Assembly (NCBI GenBank): GCA_038999725.1
Contig: JAWBWS010000001.1
Span: forward strand, 64,001-128,000
Direction: 5' to 3'
Origin: Candidatus Aenigmatarchaeota archaeon
GTDB taxonomy: Archaea > Aenigmatarchaeota > Aenigmatarchaeia > CG10238-14 > SCSR01
Length of the DNA: 64,000 bases
Shown here: positions 44,482 to 55,507 of the stretch, in pieces
Layout: every line of letters starts with the position of its first letter
Position numbering within the stretch: position 1 is the first letter of the stretch
The notes under the pieces: generated by a model
The model's database searches: none
Seen by the model: only the letters and a program-made list of their open reading frames with translations
What the model was told of the DNA's origin: nothing
Position numbers and translations under genes: made by a program

Positions 44482-47400
44482 GTTATATTCCTCATTTCTC
44501 CTAGTTTAGACCAAAGAATTGGGTTTTTTGTATCCGAGGCTTTGAAAGCTTTCCAAGAAATCAAATATTTACCTGAACCCAATTCTTTACAATCTATAAG
44601 ATAACTTGCAGTACCCTCACCAATCGGTGCTACATACTTTTTGTTCACAGCTTTACCATTTTTGTTTAAAGTGAGAACAATTACTACTTCCTCTTCAAAT
44701 TTGTTTGAATAATCTAACTTGATTCTGTAAGAACTATCTAAACTGGTTAAGTGGAAATTGCTTAAAGAAAAGGTTTTTCTTGGCTCGATTTTTCCTCCTA
44801 TCACAATTTCTCTTTCTACATGAACTACTGGATTGTAACACACAACACTCACCTCAACAACTCCTGTCTTATCTGAAATAAAAGATGTGGCGAAATCTTT
44901 GGTATCTATCTTTTCTCTCCATTTGAGTAATGTAGTACCCAAAACAGCACTAAATCTACCATCACTACAACCTCTTACTCTACATGTACATGGTTTAAGA
45001 ACTTCACAATTTTTATCACACTCAAGGAAAGGTTCTTTGACCTCTAGCGTGTATTGGGTTGTTTCTATTTTGGAATCTTTAAAACATAGTGCTGTGATTA
45101 AAATTTTTCCAGAAGCATTTGGCTCAAATTGTATGGTAGTTGGGGGGAGCTGAAGGGTTATTGTGGAGCTTAAAGGTTTTGCTTCTTTGTTCTGTAGCAT
45201 CCACAAACCGTTCTGACAAGCTGTAGTTAATGTACATTCACATTCTGATCTTGCATAACACTCTTCACATTGAATTCCTGTAGGTAATGTGGGTGCAGTG
45301 GTGGTTGTGGTTGGGAGTGTTGTTGTGATAGGACAACTAACAGAAAGTTTTACACTTCTTTCTTGATTACCATAACAAGCATAATAAGTTCCTGCATTAC
45401 TGTTTGAAGTAACAACAAAAGTGGTTGAACTTGATGTTGAACCATCGGAAGTAGAAATTGTGGCAACTTCTTGGCCAGAGCAACTATTCATCCTTATCGA
45501 AACTACTTGAGAACCACAGTTAGAGCTAGAATAGGTTATTGAAGCTTTTATGGTTGAAGGGCAAGTTGAAACAGAATCTGGAGTCAAAGAAAAGGAATTA
45601 AGCGAGAATGTACATGAAGGTGGTGGAGATGTTATGACAATATAACTGCCAGTAGATTCTCCATAGTAACTTGTTGCTTCGCTATTTGTTACTTTTACCT
45701 TGAATGTATAAGTTCCTGGTGAAGTTGTGGGGATGGAAGTAACACTTATAGTTAAAGAATTTGTTGAACCAGGAGAAATAGTTAGTGAAGAACTACTTAA
45801 GCTACAACTCCATCCTGAAGGACAATATGTCACTAATAAATCGAAGGAGGAAGAGCCACAAATAGAATTATCATTATTTTTTACACTAACAGTATAAGTT
45901 AAAGTTTTACCAGCCGAGCTCGATTGGGATGAGGGAGTAATTGAAATTGAAGGGTTAGCTCTACCACAATCGAGAAAGTTGGCTATCTCATTTATTGGAT
46001 TGTTTATAGTTATTGTAGCTGAACTTAATGTGCCTGAATAACATCCTGAACCAGAACAAGTCCAACCACTAAAAATATAACCTGGGTTGGGAGTAGCGGA
46101 TATTGTAATGCTTGACCCCATATCATACCATCCTGACTGGGGGGATGTTTTTCCTCCCATGGATGGGTTTACCGACATTTGTAAGTAATACTGAGTTTTG
46201 TAACTTGCTATTTTATTATCGCTTGAGCTTAATGAGCCGGAGCAGCTTGCTGTGCATATGTATTGAGTGCCTGTTGTATTGCTAACGATAGAGTCATATT
46301 CATAATTGACAACCCCGCTTAATCCTGAAACTGTTATACTTGAAGATGTGGATGTATATCTAATTCCCCCCACTTTTACGCCCCACAATACACCGAAAGG
46401 TATGCCTGATTGAGAGAATGTCACTGAATATGAAGGTGGTGGGGCAATTGTATAGCTTTCTATATTTCCCTTTTTAGTCTCATAGCCTGATTTTGAACAT
46501 AAACAGTACCAATCATATGTGCCTGGAGATAAAGTAGATGTTTGATATCTGTATGAAGGTTTTTCTAATTCAGAAATATAGTTTGTAGGGTATGGGATGT
46601 TATTAATATACACCTTACAATCTGCATCTCCTATTCCTTTTCCAGTTATCTTATCATAGTAACTGCAATAAAAACTAATTAGTGTTCCTTGTTGTGATGG
46701 ACTTTGGGGTTCTACCCATTGAGAAAGAGTTGTTGGATAACCAGAACTACTACAAATAAGTTGGCCCGATGATCCATATTTAACACCATCAACAAACACA
46801 TCGTAATTGTAACTTCCTATTGATACTTCCCAATTTTTTCTCATGGATAAAGGAGTGAAACTAGAAAACTTAATCTCACCAGTTTTGGTATCTTTAACTT
46901 CAATTTTTCTACCCTCACAATTGGAACTCGCTTCAAAAAATATCTCACAAGTATCCATACCACTTAAGATAAAGTTATAGGAGATTGAGCACGGCACAAC
47001 TCCTCTTTCTGGATCACAGAAATTGTACTTGGGATCATAACATTCATATTGTTTAACAGATTCTTGAGAATATGAGCAACATTTTTCTCCACTTGAACAA
47101 ACCTTTCCACCACAATATATTTCTTTACAACTTCCTCTTTCACATGTGCATTCTTCCACAGCTACACATATCCCTGGATTACCATATAAATAACAACACT
47201 TGGAGTAAGACCCTGTTTTACAATCGCTTTCACTTAATATTCTACAATACTCACTAAAACTTTTATAACATGTACAAGGCCAACTACAATAACCTCCCTC
47301 AAAACAACCTTTGTTCATCCAGCATTCATACCACCAACATCCTGCACCAATACAAGAAAAAGCATCGGCGTAGCCGCTACAAGTGGTAAAAGTTTGGCCG

Positions 47401-47537
47401 CCGGTTATAGTATATGGAATTGAGGGAAACAATAAATTTTTTAGCCAGTCAATTAGTGATTGTGCCTTAGCTTCTTTTGTAAAAACAAGTAGAATTAGTA
47501 TGAATAAAAATGGGAGCAAAGTTCGCTTTTTCCACAT
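44475..47537 (-). CDS. Large multidomain surface adhesin-like protein (1020 aa)
   Basis: Cys-rich N-terminus; YSVTFSQSGIP..W; YYLQMSVNP..GWY..ITISATPNPGYIFSGW (InlB-B/Flg_new-like); GKTLTYTVSVKN..PSGW (NEW3-like). Confidence 0.8.
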   Translation of the reverse strand: MWKKRTLLPFLFILILLVFTKEAKAQSLIDWLKNLLFPSIPYTITGGQTFTTCSGYADAFSCIGAGCWWYECWMNKGCFEGGYCSWPCTCYKSFSEYCRILSESDCKTGSYSKCCYLYGNPGICVAVEECTCERGSCKEIYCGGKVCSSGEKCCSYSQESVKQYECYDPKYNFCDPERGVVPCSISYNFILSGMDTCEIFFEASSNCEGRKIEVKDTKTGEIKFSSFTPLSMRKNWEVSIGSYNYDVFVDGVKYGSSGQLICSSSGYPTTLSQWVEPQSPSQQGTLISFYCSYYDKITGKGIGDADCKVYINNIPYPTNYISELEKPSYRYQTSTLSPGTYDWYCLCSKSGYETKKGNIESYTIAPPPSYSVTFSQSGIPFGVLWGVKVGGIRYTSTSSSITVSGLSGVVNYEYDSIVSNTTGTQYICTASCSGSLSSSDNKIASYKTQYYLQMSVNPSMGGKTSPQSGWYDMGSSITISATPNPGYIFSGWTCSGSGCYSGTLSSATITINNPINEIANFLDCGRANPSISITPSSQSSSAGKTLTYTVSVKNNDNSICGSSSFDLLVTYCPSGWSCSLSSSSLTISPGSTNSLTISVTSIPTTSPGTYTFKVKVTNSEATSYYGESTGSYIVITSPPPSCTFSLNSFSLTPDSVSTCPSTIKASITYSSSNCGSQVVSIRMNSCSGQEVATISTSDGSTSSSTTFVVTSNSNAGTYYACYGNQERSVKLSVSCPITTTLPTTTTTAPTLPTGIQCEECYARSECECTLTTACQNGLWMLQNKEAKPLSSTITLQLPPTTIQFEPNASGKILITALCFKDSKIETTQYTLEVKEPFLECDKNCEVLKPCTCRVRGCSDGRFSAVLGTTLLKWREKIDTKDFATSFISDKTGVVEVSVVCYNPVVHVEREIVIGGKIEPRKTFSLSNFHLTSLDSSYRIKLDYSNKFEEEVVIVLTLNKNGKAVNKKYVAPIGEGTASYLIDCKELGSGKYLISWKAFKASDTKNPILWSKLGEMRNITC

Positions 47538-47568
47538 AATTAAAAATTTGAATTTTAAAAAATATAAA

Positions 47569-48468
47569 CTAACCTACAGAAAGCTCTACTGTTGACATCT
47601 CGTCCCCGCATACAAGAACAGCTGTGTAGCTTCCTGCTTCTACAGGACCAAAGATGTAGCTTCCTGTTGGTTTGTTTTCATCTTTGTAAAAACTTCCATC
47701 GCTCAAGAAAATGGTAACCTCACCTATCAAAGGACAACCAACCCAACTGCATTTGATATTTTTACCTTCTCCCACACAATTAAAGACAGTTGGACTTGTT
47801 ACCCCTCCTGTTACAGCTACTTTCTTCGCTATCTCCCCATATCCCGCACTCCACCACCACCAATCGGCAGGCAAGTTACATCCAGGTTCTTTACCGTATT
47901 TCCTACATTCATAATCACTTAGTTTGATTGGTGTATAACCTTCATAGAATTTCTTTCCCCATTTGGCAGGGTCTGGATCACATTGACCTGGGTTTACTTG
48001 GGTAACTATTATTTGATTTGCCGTATTTTCTAACAACCCCATTTGGTTTATGTAGTAATCTTTCATCAAAGCTAAGCATCGTTCGGCATTTAAGATGAAA
48101 GAACCACAACCACACTCTGTTATGTGAAAACAATAAAGGCCATCTTCGCAGTATGGAATTCCTGCTATCAAGCCACCATGCCCTTTCTCTCCAGCTCTAT
48201 AATTTCCATCTATGTCTATGTAAACTCTTTCTTGACAAAAGGAAACTGCCCTCGATAAATCAACACAGCCGCTTCCTGTGTAAGAAGAGCATAAGTTGTT
48301 GCATTTGCTTTTTTCCCTATCATAATTATAAGTTGATTTAAAATCGTCTATTTTGGGCAAAGATTCTGGTGTAACTTTAGAGGTAAAAAGATTTATCACA
48401 ACCAATGTTACAACAATGAGAATAAACATAGCAAAAACTATCTCCAGTGCACTCATCCCCTTTTTGCT
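47569..48468 (-). CDS. Class III signal peptide (pilin-like) protein
   Basis: MSKKG|MSALEIVFAMFILIVV with Glu at +5. Confidence 0.8.
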   Translation of the reverse strand, partial: SKKGMSALEIVFAMFILIVVTLVVINLFTSKVTPESLPKIDDFKSTYNYDREKSKCNNLCSSYTGSGCVDLSRAVSFCQERVYIDIDGNYRAGEKGHGGLIAGIPYCEDGLYCFHITECGCGSFILNAERCLALMKDYYINQMGLLENTANQIIVTQVNPGQCDPDPAKWGKKFYEGYTPIKLSDYECRKYGKEPGCNLPADWWWWSAGYGEIAKKVAVTGGVTSPTVFNCVGEGKNIKCSWVGCPLIGEVTIFLSDGSFYKDENKPTGSYIFGPVEAGSYTAVLVCGDEMSTVELSVG

Positions 48469-48476
48469 CATTTTAA

Positions 48477-48923
48477 TTACCCACAAATTAGAACATCACT
48501 ATTTTTAATTTCTCTCCTTGTAATATTAATGCTTTCACCCGTCAAGAAAGAGTTGTCACAGCAAATATAAACTGAATGTGTGTTTGTTTCTAAGAATTTG
48601 CATTCGGTAAGCTTAATCAGGTTTATCCCTTTATCAATTTCTTTTACAACTCTTTCTATATCTTCAAAGGTAACATCTTGACTTAAAGTGGAATGAAAAT
48701 TGTTGCATTGATCTGTCAAAAAACCATAAAGAACTACTTTAAGATTTTCTAAATTTATTTTACTGTTATTGTATTGGGAGCAAGTGTATTTAGCGTTAGT
48801 AAAATCTTTTGGTCTCAATATGAACTCTGGTTTGATTATACCTGTGATGAAAGCAATTGAAATACAAATCACAAAAACTGTTATGGTTATAGCAGAAATA
48901 TATTCTAAAGCTATCCCTTTCAT
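48477..48923 (-). CDS. Pilin-like protein
   Basis: MKG|IALEYISAITITV. Confidence 0.78.
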   Translation of the reverse strand: MKGIALEYISAITITVFVICISIAFITGIIKPEFILRPKDFTNAKYTCSQYNNSKINLENLKVVLYGFLTDQCNNFHSTLSQDVTFEDIERVVKEIDKGINLIKLTECKFLETNTHSVYICCDNSFLTGESINITRREIKNSDVLICG

Positions 48924-48924
48924 C

Positions 48925-49329
48925 TCAACACTCTATGAAAATTTTTTTCATTAAATGACTATAAGAAAAAATCAAACTTGTGGCCATTTTATTGCATTTC
49001 AAAATACAATAATCGCTTAGAGTGAATTGAGTTGGAGAAAAGTCCCCACTCACGACATAGCAAATACAATCATCTTTATAATTTTTTGCTCCAGTTTTTT
49101 GCCAGCAAAATCCACAATATTTTTCAATCACGCTTTCTGTTAAACTTTTTTCGCTTGCCTGAATTGTTGTACATTCTTTAGTAGCACATCCCCCTGGTAA
49201 ATACTCACAAAGATGAAAATAAGATAAAATTTCATCTCTGAAATGGATTATCAAACTTATGATAACCAAAACCACCACTAAATACAAAAACAGTTTGAAA
49301 ATAAATTCTAATGCAAGTCCCTTCATCAA
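48925..49329 (-). CDS. Pilin-like protein
   Basis: MKG|LALEFIFKLFLYLVV; CGFCW motif. Confidence 0.78.
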   Translation of the reverse strand: MMKGLALEFIFKLFLYLVVVLVIISLIIHFRDEILSYFHLCEYLPGGCATKECTTIQASEKSLTESVIEKYCGFCWQKTGAKNYKDDCICYVVSGDFSPTQFTLSDYCILKCNKMATSLIFSYSHLMKKIFIEC

Positions 49330-49829
49330 ACCACCATAATTAATTTACTCGTTGAATTGTAAAAGATTCCAATTGATTTTGGGGTTGTTATCTCATTTGC
49401 CTTCCATTCCATAATTTGCTTGTAATCTCTTGGTAATTGAGATTTGACGCTACTTTCATTAACACTTCCCTCAATCCTTTTGATAACAAGCTCATAACAA
49501 TTTATATTCTGACCCACATTTATTTTTCCTGTAATTTCCCAACAAGCCATCACATAACTTGCTATATCAAATGAGATTTTTTCCGGGTTTGAACTCTCTA
49601 TGTAAACTAAATTTTGAGTTGGAGATTGTCTGCAAAAGGGTGGTAAAGAAGGTCTGAAAGTCGCTGATAAAGGTAAAAAACCGATAAGGCCTTGCACAAT
49701 TGAACAATAGCTCTCTTTTAAAGCATTTGGTATATTGCTTCCAACAAAAGAAATTAAAACCGTGATTGAAACTATTGCTATCAAGAATAAAGCTATTGTT
49801 GAAAGGGCTATACCCTTCATATTTTTCAT
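49326..49829 (-). CDS. Pilin-like protein
   Basis: MKNMKG|IALSTIALFLIAIV; MACW motif. Confidence 0.78.
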   Translation of the reverse strand: MKNMKGIALSTIALFLIAIVSITVLISFVGSNIPNALKESYCSIVQGLIGFLPLSATFRPSLPPFCRQSPTQNLVYIESSNPEKISFDIASYVMACWEITGKINVGQNINCYELVIKRIEGSVNESSVKSQLPRDYKQIMEWKANEITTPKSIGIFYNSTSKLIMVV

Positions 49830-49851
49830 TTCTCTTTTGCTTAGTAAATAA

Positions 49852-50244
49852 TTAAGCTGGTTTCTCAAACAAAATCAAACTTATTTCTTTTCCTGTTGAA
49901 TTATATCTGATTTTTATTCCATAAACAACACTCGGTTCTAAAGAATCAAAGTAAACTTTTGTCTCACCTCCAAAGAAGCTCTCCATTTCATCTTTTGTTA
50001 TTCTTGTGCTGGAATTCACTTTAACCAAATAACAATCATCAGAATAGATATCTTGACCAAAATTGTGTTTTGACCAGCAGAGCTTTATACAATTTGATAA
50101 AGAACCTAAAACTGAAAATTTTGTTCCTGTTATTTCTTCCTTACATTCTGAAATAAACTTGGCAGAAAGGGAAATGTATACAATCACTGCCACTATTGGA
50201 ATCACAACAAACAAGACATAATTCAACATTTTTCCTACTTCCAT
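49852..50244 (-). CDS. Pilin-like membrane-anchored protein
   Basis: TM followed by CIKLCW...DDCY, paralogous to neighbours. Confidence 0.7.
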   Translation of the reverse strand: MEVGKMLNYVLFVVIPIVAVIVYISLSAKFISECKEEITGTKFSVLGSLSNCIKLCWSKHNFGQDIYSDDCYLVKVNSSTRITKDEMESFFGGETKVYFDSLEPSVVYGIKIRYNSTGKEISLILFEKPA

Positions 50245-50252
50245 TTTCGCAC

Positions 50253-52367
50253 CTAAGCTTGTGTAATTGTTATTCTCAACCCCCAAAAGACTAGAAGAGC
50301 AAGTAAGTTAACAAAACCGTATACTATTATAGCCTTTATGAGATTTTGGGAAATCTCCCAGTCTCTTGCAGTCTTATCAAAACCATTTTCTATTCCACTC
50401 AAAAGTAGGGAGAATAAAGTTACTGCTTCTACTGTGTAAATTCCTATAGCTGCTTGAAGAACTGTTAATGGCATTATATTTTCAAAACCACCGACCAAAA
50501 TGTCTATGAATGATTTTGCTCCTTCTCCGACACCTCCTGGAAAGAGTGAAGCTCCAAACATTTTTTCTATTTCCCCAAGTTTTTCAGCAAGTATCCTTAA
50601 CATTTCAAGGATGAAGATTGCTAGAGCACCTATAATTCCCGTTATCATCGGAACTATAAAACTTGCTTGTAATTTAAGTGAAGACCTTGTCTCTTCTAGC
50701 AGCTCTCTTATCTTTTCTTCAATTGCGTAAACATTCTCAAGGTATCCAGCTATAGTTTTTGCAATCATGCCCAAAAGTACCGCACTTTTCTCAGACGCAT
50801 CAGCAAGAATTTTCATTATATCATCTATGAGAACTGAAGGATAGAACTTGAGTATTCCTTCTTTCTTATCAAACAAAGCTCTTTTAAATGTCATACCAAA
50901 ATTCTTGATGTTAAGATAAAGTGTGTGAAAGAAGAAATAAGTTGGTCTTTTTTGCATCCCAAGTTTCTCATATTCTTCCAAAGTCTTCTCTATTCCAACC
51001 TCTATGGGATAACCTTCAGAAAGATAATTGCCTAAAGAGAAGAGGCCGAGCCTAAATTCCTCTTCTATATTCTTAATCTCATTCCTTATCTTGATTCTTT
51101 GAAAGCTTCTTAAGTAGAAATAAAGAATGCTTATTGCAGCAAAACCTGCTGTTATTGAAAATGTGGCAAAAAGATTTTCTGGACTCATCTTAGCTTCATT
51201 CATCAGAACACATTTCTTTGGCGATACTCCTGTTGGACAACCAAGCTTAAAGATCAAATCTGGAGGGGGGTAATTTAGGTTTATTATAAGGTCTATAAAG
51301 TGGAAAATTCCTGGTAGCATCACCAAAAAGCCTATGAGAATTGATAAGATGATTATGGGCATCCACAATTTTGCTTTACCTATACTTACTTCAAAATAAT
51401 TTTCTGGTGGCAATTTCGGATGTTTACTTATATCTGGAACCATGAAAGCTCCTGGTCTTTTGTGAAGAATTCTATTGATTAAGAAGTAGTTGAAAAGGGG
51501 TAAAATGAAGATGTAGCCTAGAATTAGTTGAGGTGTGCTAATCTGTTGGTGGAGAAAGATTGAAAGCATGGGGAACATTATCAGCCCCATCACAGGCAAT
51601 AACAAGCCCATAACATGTAAGAGCATGATTGGTGATGTTATCTCTTCTACATACTTTTTCATCTTCCCATGGGTGGATTCAAGTATGAAACTTAAAGCCT
51701 TCCTCAAAATTTCTTCTCTTCCTTTTTCTGTTGGCTCTATCAACACACCATAAATCAAGCTCAAAGCTCTCACAAAATCTTCATTCCACCAAACCCATTT
51801 TTGTGTGTATTGTCCTAAAGCATCCTCCACTGTCCTATATTTTCCAATCTGTAAATCCCACATTGCTTTTTTGATATCTTCTGTTATTGGGCCCTTTGAA
51901 TGTTGAACTGCAAAGTTGATTGCATTTTCTAAGCTTGGGTTTAACTTTAAGTAAATTGCCATATAAAGAATGATTTTTATGGCTTCATCCCCTGCTTGTA
52001 CTCTTAACACATTAGCTTTAAAAGAAGGGTAAGTATAAACGTACCAGGCCAAACCAAGAGGAATTAGAAGTAAAAAGGCAGTTGCTGAAATATCGTTAAG
52101 GTAAATAATTAAAGGTAAAATAGAAAGGAGAGAAAGAAGAAAGATAAGAATAGTTGCAGAAAAAACTCCTGTTGGAGAAACATTTAAAGAAGAAAAAACT
52201 ATGTGGAATTTCAATTTTTCTTCCATTGATTTTGATGGTGTTATTCCCAAACTTTCAGCAAACTTACAAAATTTTTCGTAAAAGCTTTTAAATCCTCTTG
52301 TTCTTTGCTCTTGAAGAAGGAATTCAAGGTATTCTTTCGAGATTCTTTTTTTCAACTTTTCTTCCAT
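50253..52367 (-). CDS. Type II/IV secretion platform protein (TadB/TadC-like, two T2SS-F-like halves)
   Basis: Polytopic; YMAIYLKLNPSLENAI and LGNYLSEGYPIE halves; heads the pilin cluster. Confidence 0.7.
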   Translation of the reverse strand: MEEKLKKRISKEYLEFLLQEQRTRGFKSFYEKFCKFAESLGITPSKSMEEKLKFHIVFSSLNVSPTGVFSATILIFLLSLLSILPLIIYLNDISATAFLLLIPLGLAWYVYTYPSFKANVLRVQAGDEAIKIILYMAIYLKLNPSLENAINFAVQHSKGPITEDIKKAMWDLQIGKYRTVEDALGQYTQKWVWWNEDFVRALSLIYGVLIEPTEKGREEILRKALSFILESTHGKMKKYVEEITSPIMLLHVMGLLLPVMGLIMFPMLSIFLHQQISTPQLILGYIFILPLFNYFLINRILHKRPGAFMVPDISKHPKLPPENYFEVSIGKAKLWMPIIILSILIGFLVMLPGIFHFIDLIINLNYPPPDLIFKLGCPTGVSPKKCVLMNEAKMSPENLFATFSITAGFAAISILYFYLRSFQRIKIRNEIKNIEEEFRLGLFSLGNYLSEGYPIEVGIEKTLEEYEKLGMQKRPTYFFFHTLYLNIKNFGMTFKRALFDKKEGILKFYPSVLIDDIMKILADASEKSAVLLGMIAKTIAGYLENVYAIEEKIRELLEETRSSLKLQASFIVPMITGIIGALAIFILEMLRILAEKLGEIEKMFGASLFPGGVGEGAKSFIDILVGGFENIMPLTVLQAAIGIYTVEAVTLFSLLLSGIENGFDKTARDWEISQNLIKAIIVYGFVNLLALLVFWGLRITITQA

Positions 52368-52400
52368 AATCTAATCTTTACTTTCTAGAGAAATAAGCAC

Positions 52401-53315
52401 TTATAACTGCTTTTTTAAATCTTTGACAGCTTGGTTGATGTAATTTTGGGCTTGTTTTACATCAGCTTGCTGTATAGCTTCTGACAATAGAGCCCCTGTA
52501 GAAGATGGAATTACATCAGCAAACCTTTGTAGAATAGATGGTGCTTGGTTTTTAATTGTGTTAAGATCTGCATTTTGTAGTGCCTCAACTTCTTTTAGTG
52601 CATCTTTCAATCTCTCCCTTCTTATATCTGTCAGCTTTTTAAGTGCTGCTTCTTCTTTTACAACAATACCAGCCCCACGCAATAAAGCTCCAAGAATAAA
52701 AGTTGCTGTGAATATTACAACAGACCAAATACCCATAAAACTGAAAAGTATCCAAACTATTTTCACAAACCACCCTAAGGGAATTGTCATGAATGCTATT
52801 ATAAGGGCAAGAATTCTATCCACTCTTCCCAATCCTTCAAAAATCTTAAGTGAATTTAGGGAAGACCAAACAAGTGTATAAATTGCAGCAAAGGGTAAAA
52901 TGAAAAGGTAAATTATCGCCGGTACATAACCCCACTCTTCTGGTAGACCAATAAGCTTCAATACATCTATAGCTGCTTTTGGCAATGGTTGATATTTAAA
53001 ACTTTCTGGAGTTTCCATATATTCTGGAAACGGAATATATTGTGGTATAATGAACATGAGTACTATCAGAATAAGAAAAAGTATAGTAGCAATCGATAAC
53101 CTGCCGCTTGGTCTTGGCAACACTCCACCCATCATGAGTAAAATCCATATGAAGATGAGGATAAAAATCACACCAACAAATTGTGAGAGAAGTGAAGATA
53201 TTTGAGAAACTATCTGAGAAGCAACATCTTGAGCAAGAACTGGGTTGCTAAAAATAAGTATGAATAACCAAAACAAAAAGATTTTTTTCATCATAAATTT
53301 TACTTGAACTTTCAT
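52401..53315 (-). CDS. Polytopic membrane protein
   Basis: YLFILPFAAIYTLV..LKIF; paralog of 55508-56473. Confidence 0.7.
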   Translation of the reverse strand: MKVQVKFMMKKIFLFWLFILIFSNPVLAQDVASQIVSQISSLLSQFVGVIFILIFIWILLMMGGVLPRPSGRLSIATILFLILIVLMFIIPQYIPFPEYMETPESFKYQPLPKAAIDVLKLIGLPEEWGYVPAIIYLFILPFAAIYTLVWSSLNSLKIFEGLGRVDRILALIIAFMTIPLGWFVKIVWILFSFMGIWSVVIFTATFILGALLRGAGIVVKEEAALKKLTDIRRERLKDALKEVEALQNADLNTIKNQAPSILQRFADVIPSSTGALLSEAIQQADVKQAQNYINQAVKDLKKQL

Positions 53316-53344
53316 GAATATAAGTTTAATTTATTATTTATCTT

Positions 53345-53593
53345 TTAGATCTTTTTTCTAGAAAAGTACAATAGAGCTAGGGAAAAAATGATAAAAAGGA
53401 AAATAAATAGAAACGCTAGAACTTGTACAAGACTCTCAAAATAATAAATAGAAGCAAAAAGTACGTAAAAAGCTGTTAGAAATGATATTATAAAGCTCAC
53501 ATTAGATTGAAAAATCTTAATTTTTCTCAACAATCCATAAAAAAGTAAAAATGAAAGAAGGGGGAGTAAAAATTGAAAGATTGTTTTGATCAT
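53345..53593 (-). CDS. Small membrane protein
   Basis: LLPLLSFLLFYGLLRKIKIF. Confidence 0.65.
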   Translation of the reverse strand: MIKTIFQFLLPLLSFLLFYGLLRKIKIFQSNVSFIISFLTAFYVLFASIYYFESLVQVLAFLFIFLFIIFSLALLYFSRKKI

Positions 53594-54126
53594 TGGCTTC
53601 TACCTATCCCACCCATGGTTTCTTCATATTTTTTATACCACTCATAATCATGAAGATTTATACCTAACTTTTCGGCTATTGGTTTAATCTTCTCAACCTC
53701 GTTTTTCATCTCTCCTAATAACATTAATTTCTTATTAATATCTTTTTCTGATTCAAATCTTTCCCATATTTTCTTACAATTTTCTACTCCTTCCTCAAAT
53801 TTTTTCTTATCTCCTTTTACTTCCTCTTCATAAAAAGCTACTTTCTTTAGAGCATAATTACCTATACCATATACATACACTAATAAGAAGCTTGCGATAG
53901 TTAAGAAGGTTGCGAGGAAAGGAAGCCATGTTGTAAGGCCCATATAATATAAAGAGGAGATGCTTAAGGCGGAAATGACTAAAGCCAAAAGCAAGTTAAG
54001 TCTTTCAGTTTTTTCTCCAAAAATACTTGATTTTCTTAACAAAGCATAAATCAGTAGAGAAAAAAATAGATATGGTAGGAATATTGAAAAAACAACAGTT
54101 TGGATGGAAAGTCCAAATACTTCCAT
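53590..54126 (-). CDS. Membrane protein with C-terminal charged tail
   Basis: FLPYLFFSLLIYALLRKSSIFG; ATG at 54126. Confidence 0.7.
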   Translation of the reverse strand: MEVFGLSIQTVVFSIFLPYLFFSLLIYALLRKSSIFGEKTERLNLLLALVISALSISSLYYMGLTTWLPFLATFLTIASFLLVYVYGIGNYALKKVAFYEEEVKGDKKKFEEGVENCKKIWERFESEKDINKKLMLLGEMKNEVEKIKPIAEKLGINLHDYEWYKKYEETMGGIGRSQ

Positions 54127-54486
54127 AAAATGTATTTGTGAGAAAGGATAAAAATTGACTTTTGATTGAGACTCCAAAGTTAAAATAATTACTTAAAGTG
54201 TTTTCTGGTATTGAAAAAGTAAGAACACTTGTAAGAAAAATAGTGGCCAAAAAGATTATTTTATTCAGCAACTGGAATGTGGTGTTAATGAATATCAAAT
54301 TCTTTTTCAATCAGCCTTTTATTTCTTCTTTTCTAAAACTTAGTTTAAGCCATTAATAACCCAACTGTTTTTATTTCTCTTCAATATTTACAAAAATTTT
54401 TGTTCATCTTAAACATAAAAGCCCCACAAAATCTAGTTGACAACACAGAAAAGTTTAAATAGTTAACGTTTTAATTTTTTACCAAG

Positions 54487-55503
54487 GTGGAAAAAATGAA
54501 AAGAATGGGTAAAAAGAGTGGGGAAGTATCTGGTGAGAATAATATAACTTTCACAACAGGTACAGAAAACTTGGTAGTTTCCTTCCCACTTCAAGTAGAA
54601 AGAAAACCTTACATGGCCTATAAAATTGATGGTGCATATCTTCTTCTGGAAGAGAGTATCGCTCCTCAAGTAATACCACAAGAATTTTCTGTAACTATAA
54701 AAGAAATTAAAGAAAAGATTTCAAACCTAGAAACAACTCTTTATAAAATATTTCCCTCAGAACTTATAAAGTCGAGTGAAAAAACAAATTCCAGAAAAAA
54801 CAAAAGTAATAATAAAGAATCCTTTCTTGAGATTTATATTAGGAGGATAGTTAAAGAAGAATTGGGAAAATATCTTCAAGAACAGAATAAAATACTTAGT
54901 GAGTATCAAGTGCGATTATCCGAACTTGAGAGAAAAATAATGGAACTACCAAATATAGTTCTCAAAACGTTAGAAGATAGAATGAAACCGAAGATAGAAA
55001 ATGAAGATAAACAAAAAAAAGCAAAAACTCCTCCACAACCTATTTTACAACCCATTTCACAACTCAAATTTGTTACCCCACCAATGAAAAAGATGAACAT
55101 TTCAATCACACAAGAAATGGCAACAGAATTTGATGAGTTGCTCAAACGATATACCACGCCTAAGAAGTATTTCTCTGAAGGAAGTTTATCAGATGATACC
55201 TTACTGGAGATATGGAAATTAAGTTACGAGCTTCTAGAAAAAGATAGAAACAAAGAAATAAAAGGCCCTCTACTTATTTGGTATGCTCGTGGATTTAAAG
55301 GCTATCCAAGAAACTACGTACCTCTTGTGGTTTATCAACGTATGTTCACATACTTCCCAAATGAAGGCCCATTTGAATACACAGGAATAACTGAAGATGA
55401 AAAGAAAGTTTGGGAAGAATTTTTATGTAAATTTACACCTGAGCAATCTCAAAAATATATAAAAAATATAATAGTTGGAGCGGCTCCTCCCGAAGACAAC
55501 TAA
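54487..55503 (+). CDS. Hypothetical protein (coiled-coil)
   Basis: 338-aa ORF, no recognised motif. Confidence 0.65.
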   Translation: MEKMKRMGKKSGEVSGENNITFTTGTENLVVSFPLQVERKPYMAYKIDGAYLLLEESIAPQVIPQEFSVTIKEIKEKISNLETTLYKIFPSELIKSSEKTNSRKNKSNNKESFLEIYIRRIVKEELGKYLQEQNKILSEYQVRLSELERKIMELPNIVLKTLEDRMKPKIENEDKQKKAKTPPQPILQPISQLKFVTPPMKKMNISITQEMATEFDELLKRYTTPKKYFSEGSLSDDTLLEIWKLSYELLEKDRNKEIKGPLLIWYARGFKGYPRNYVPLVVYQRMFTYFPNEGPFEYTGITEDEKKVWEEFLCKFTPEQSQKYIKNIIVGAAPPEDN

Positions 55504-55507
55504 GAAG

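Noticed and set aside
54005..54310. 101-aa minus-strand ORF
   Set aside because: TTG start, out-of-frame overlap with the 53590-54126 gene, no motif.
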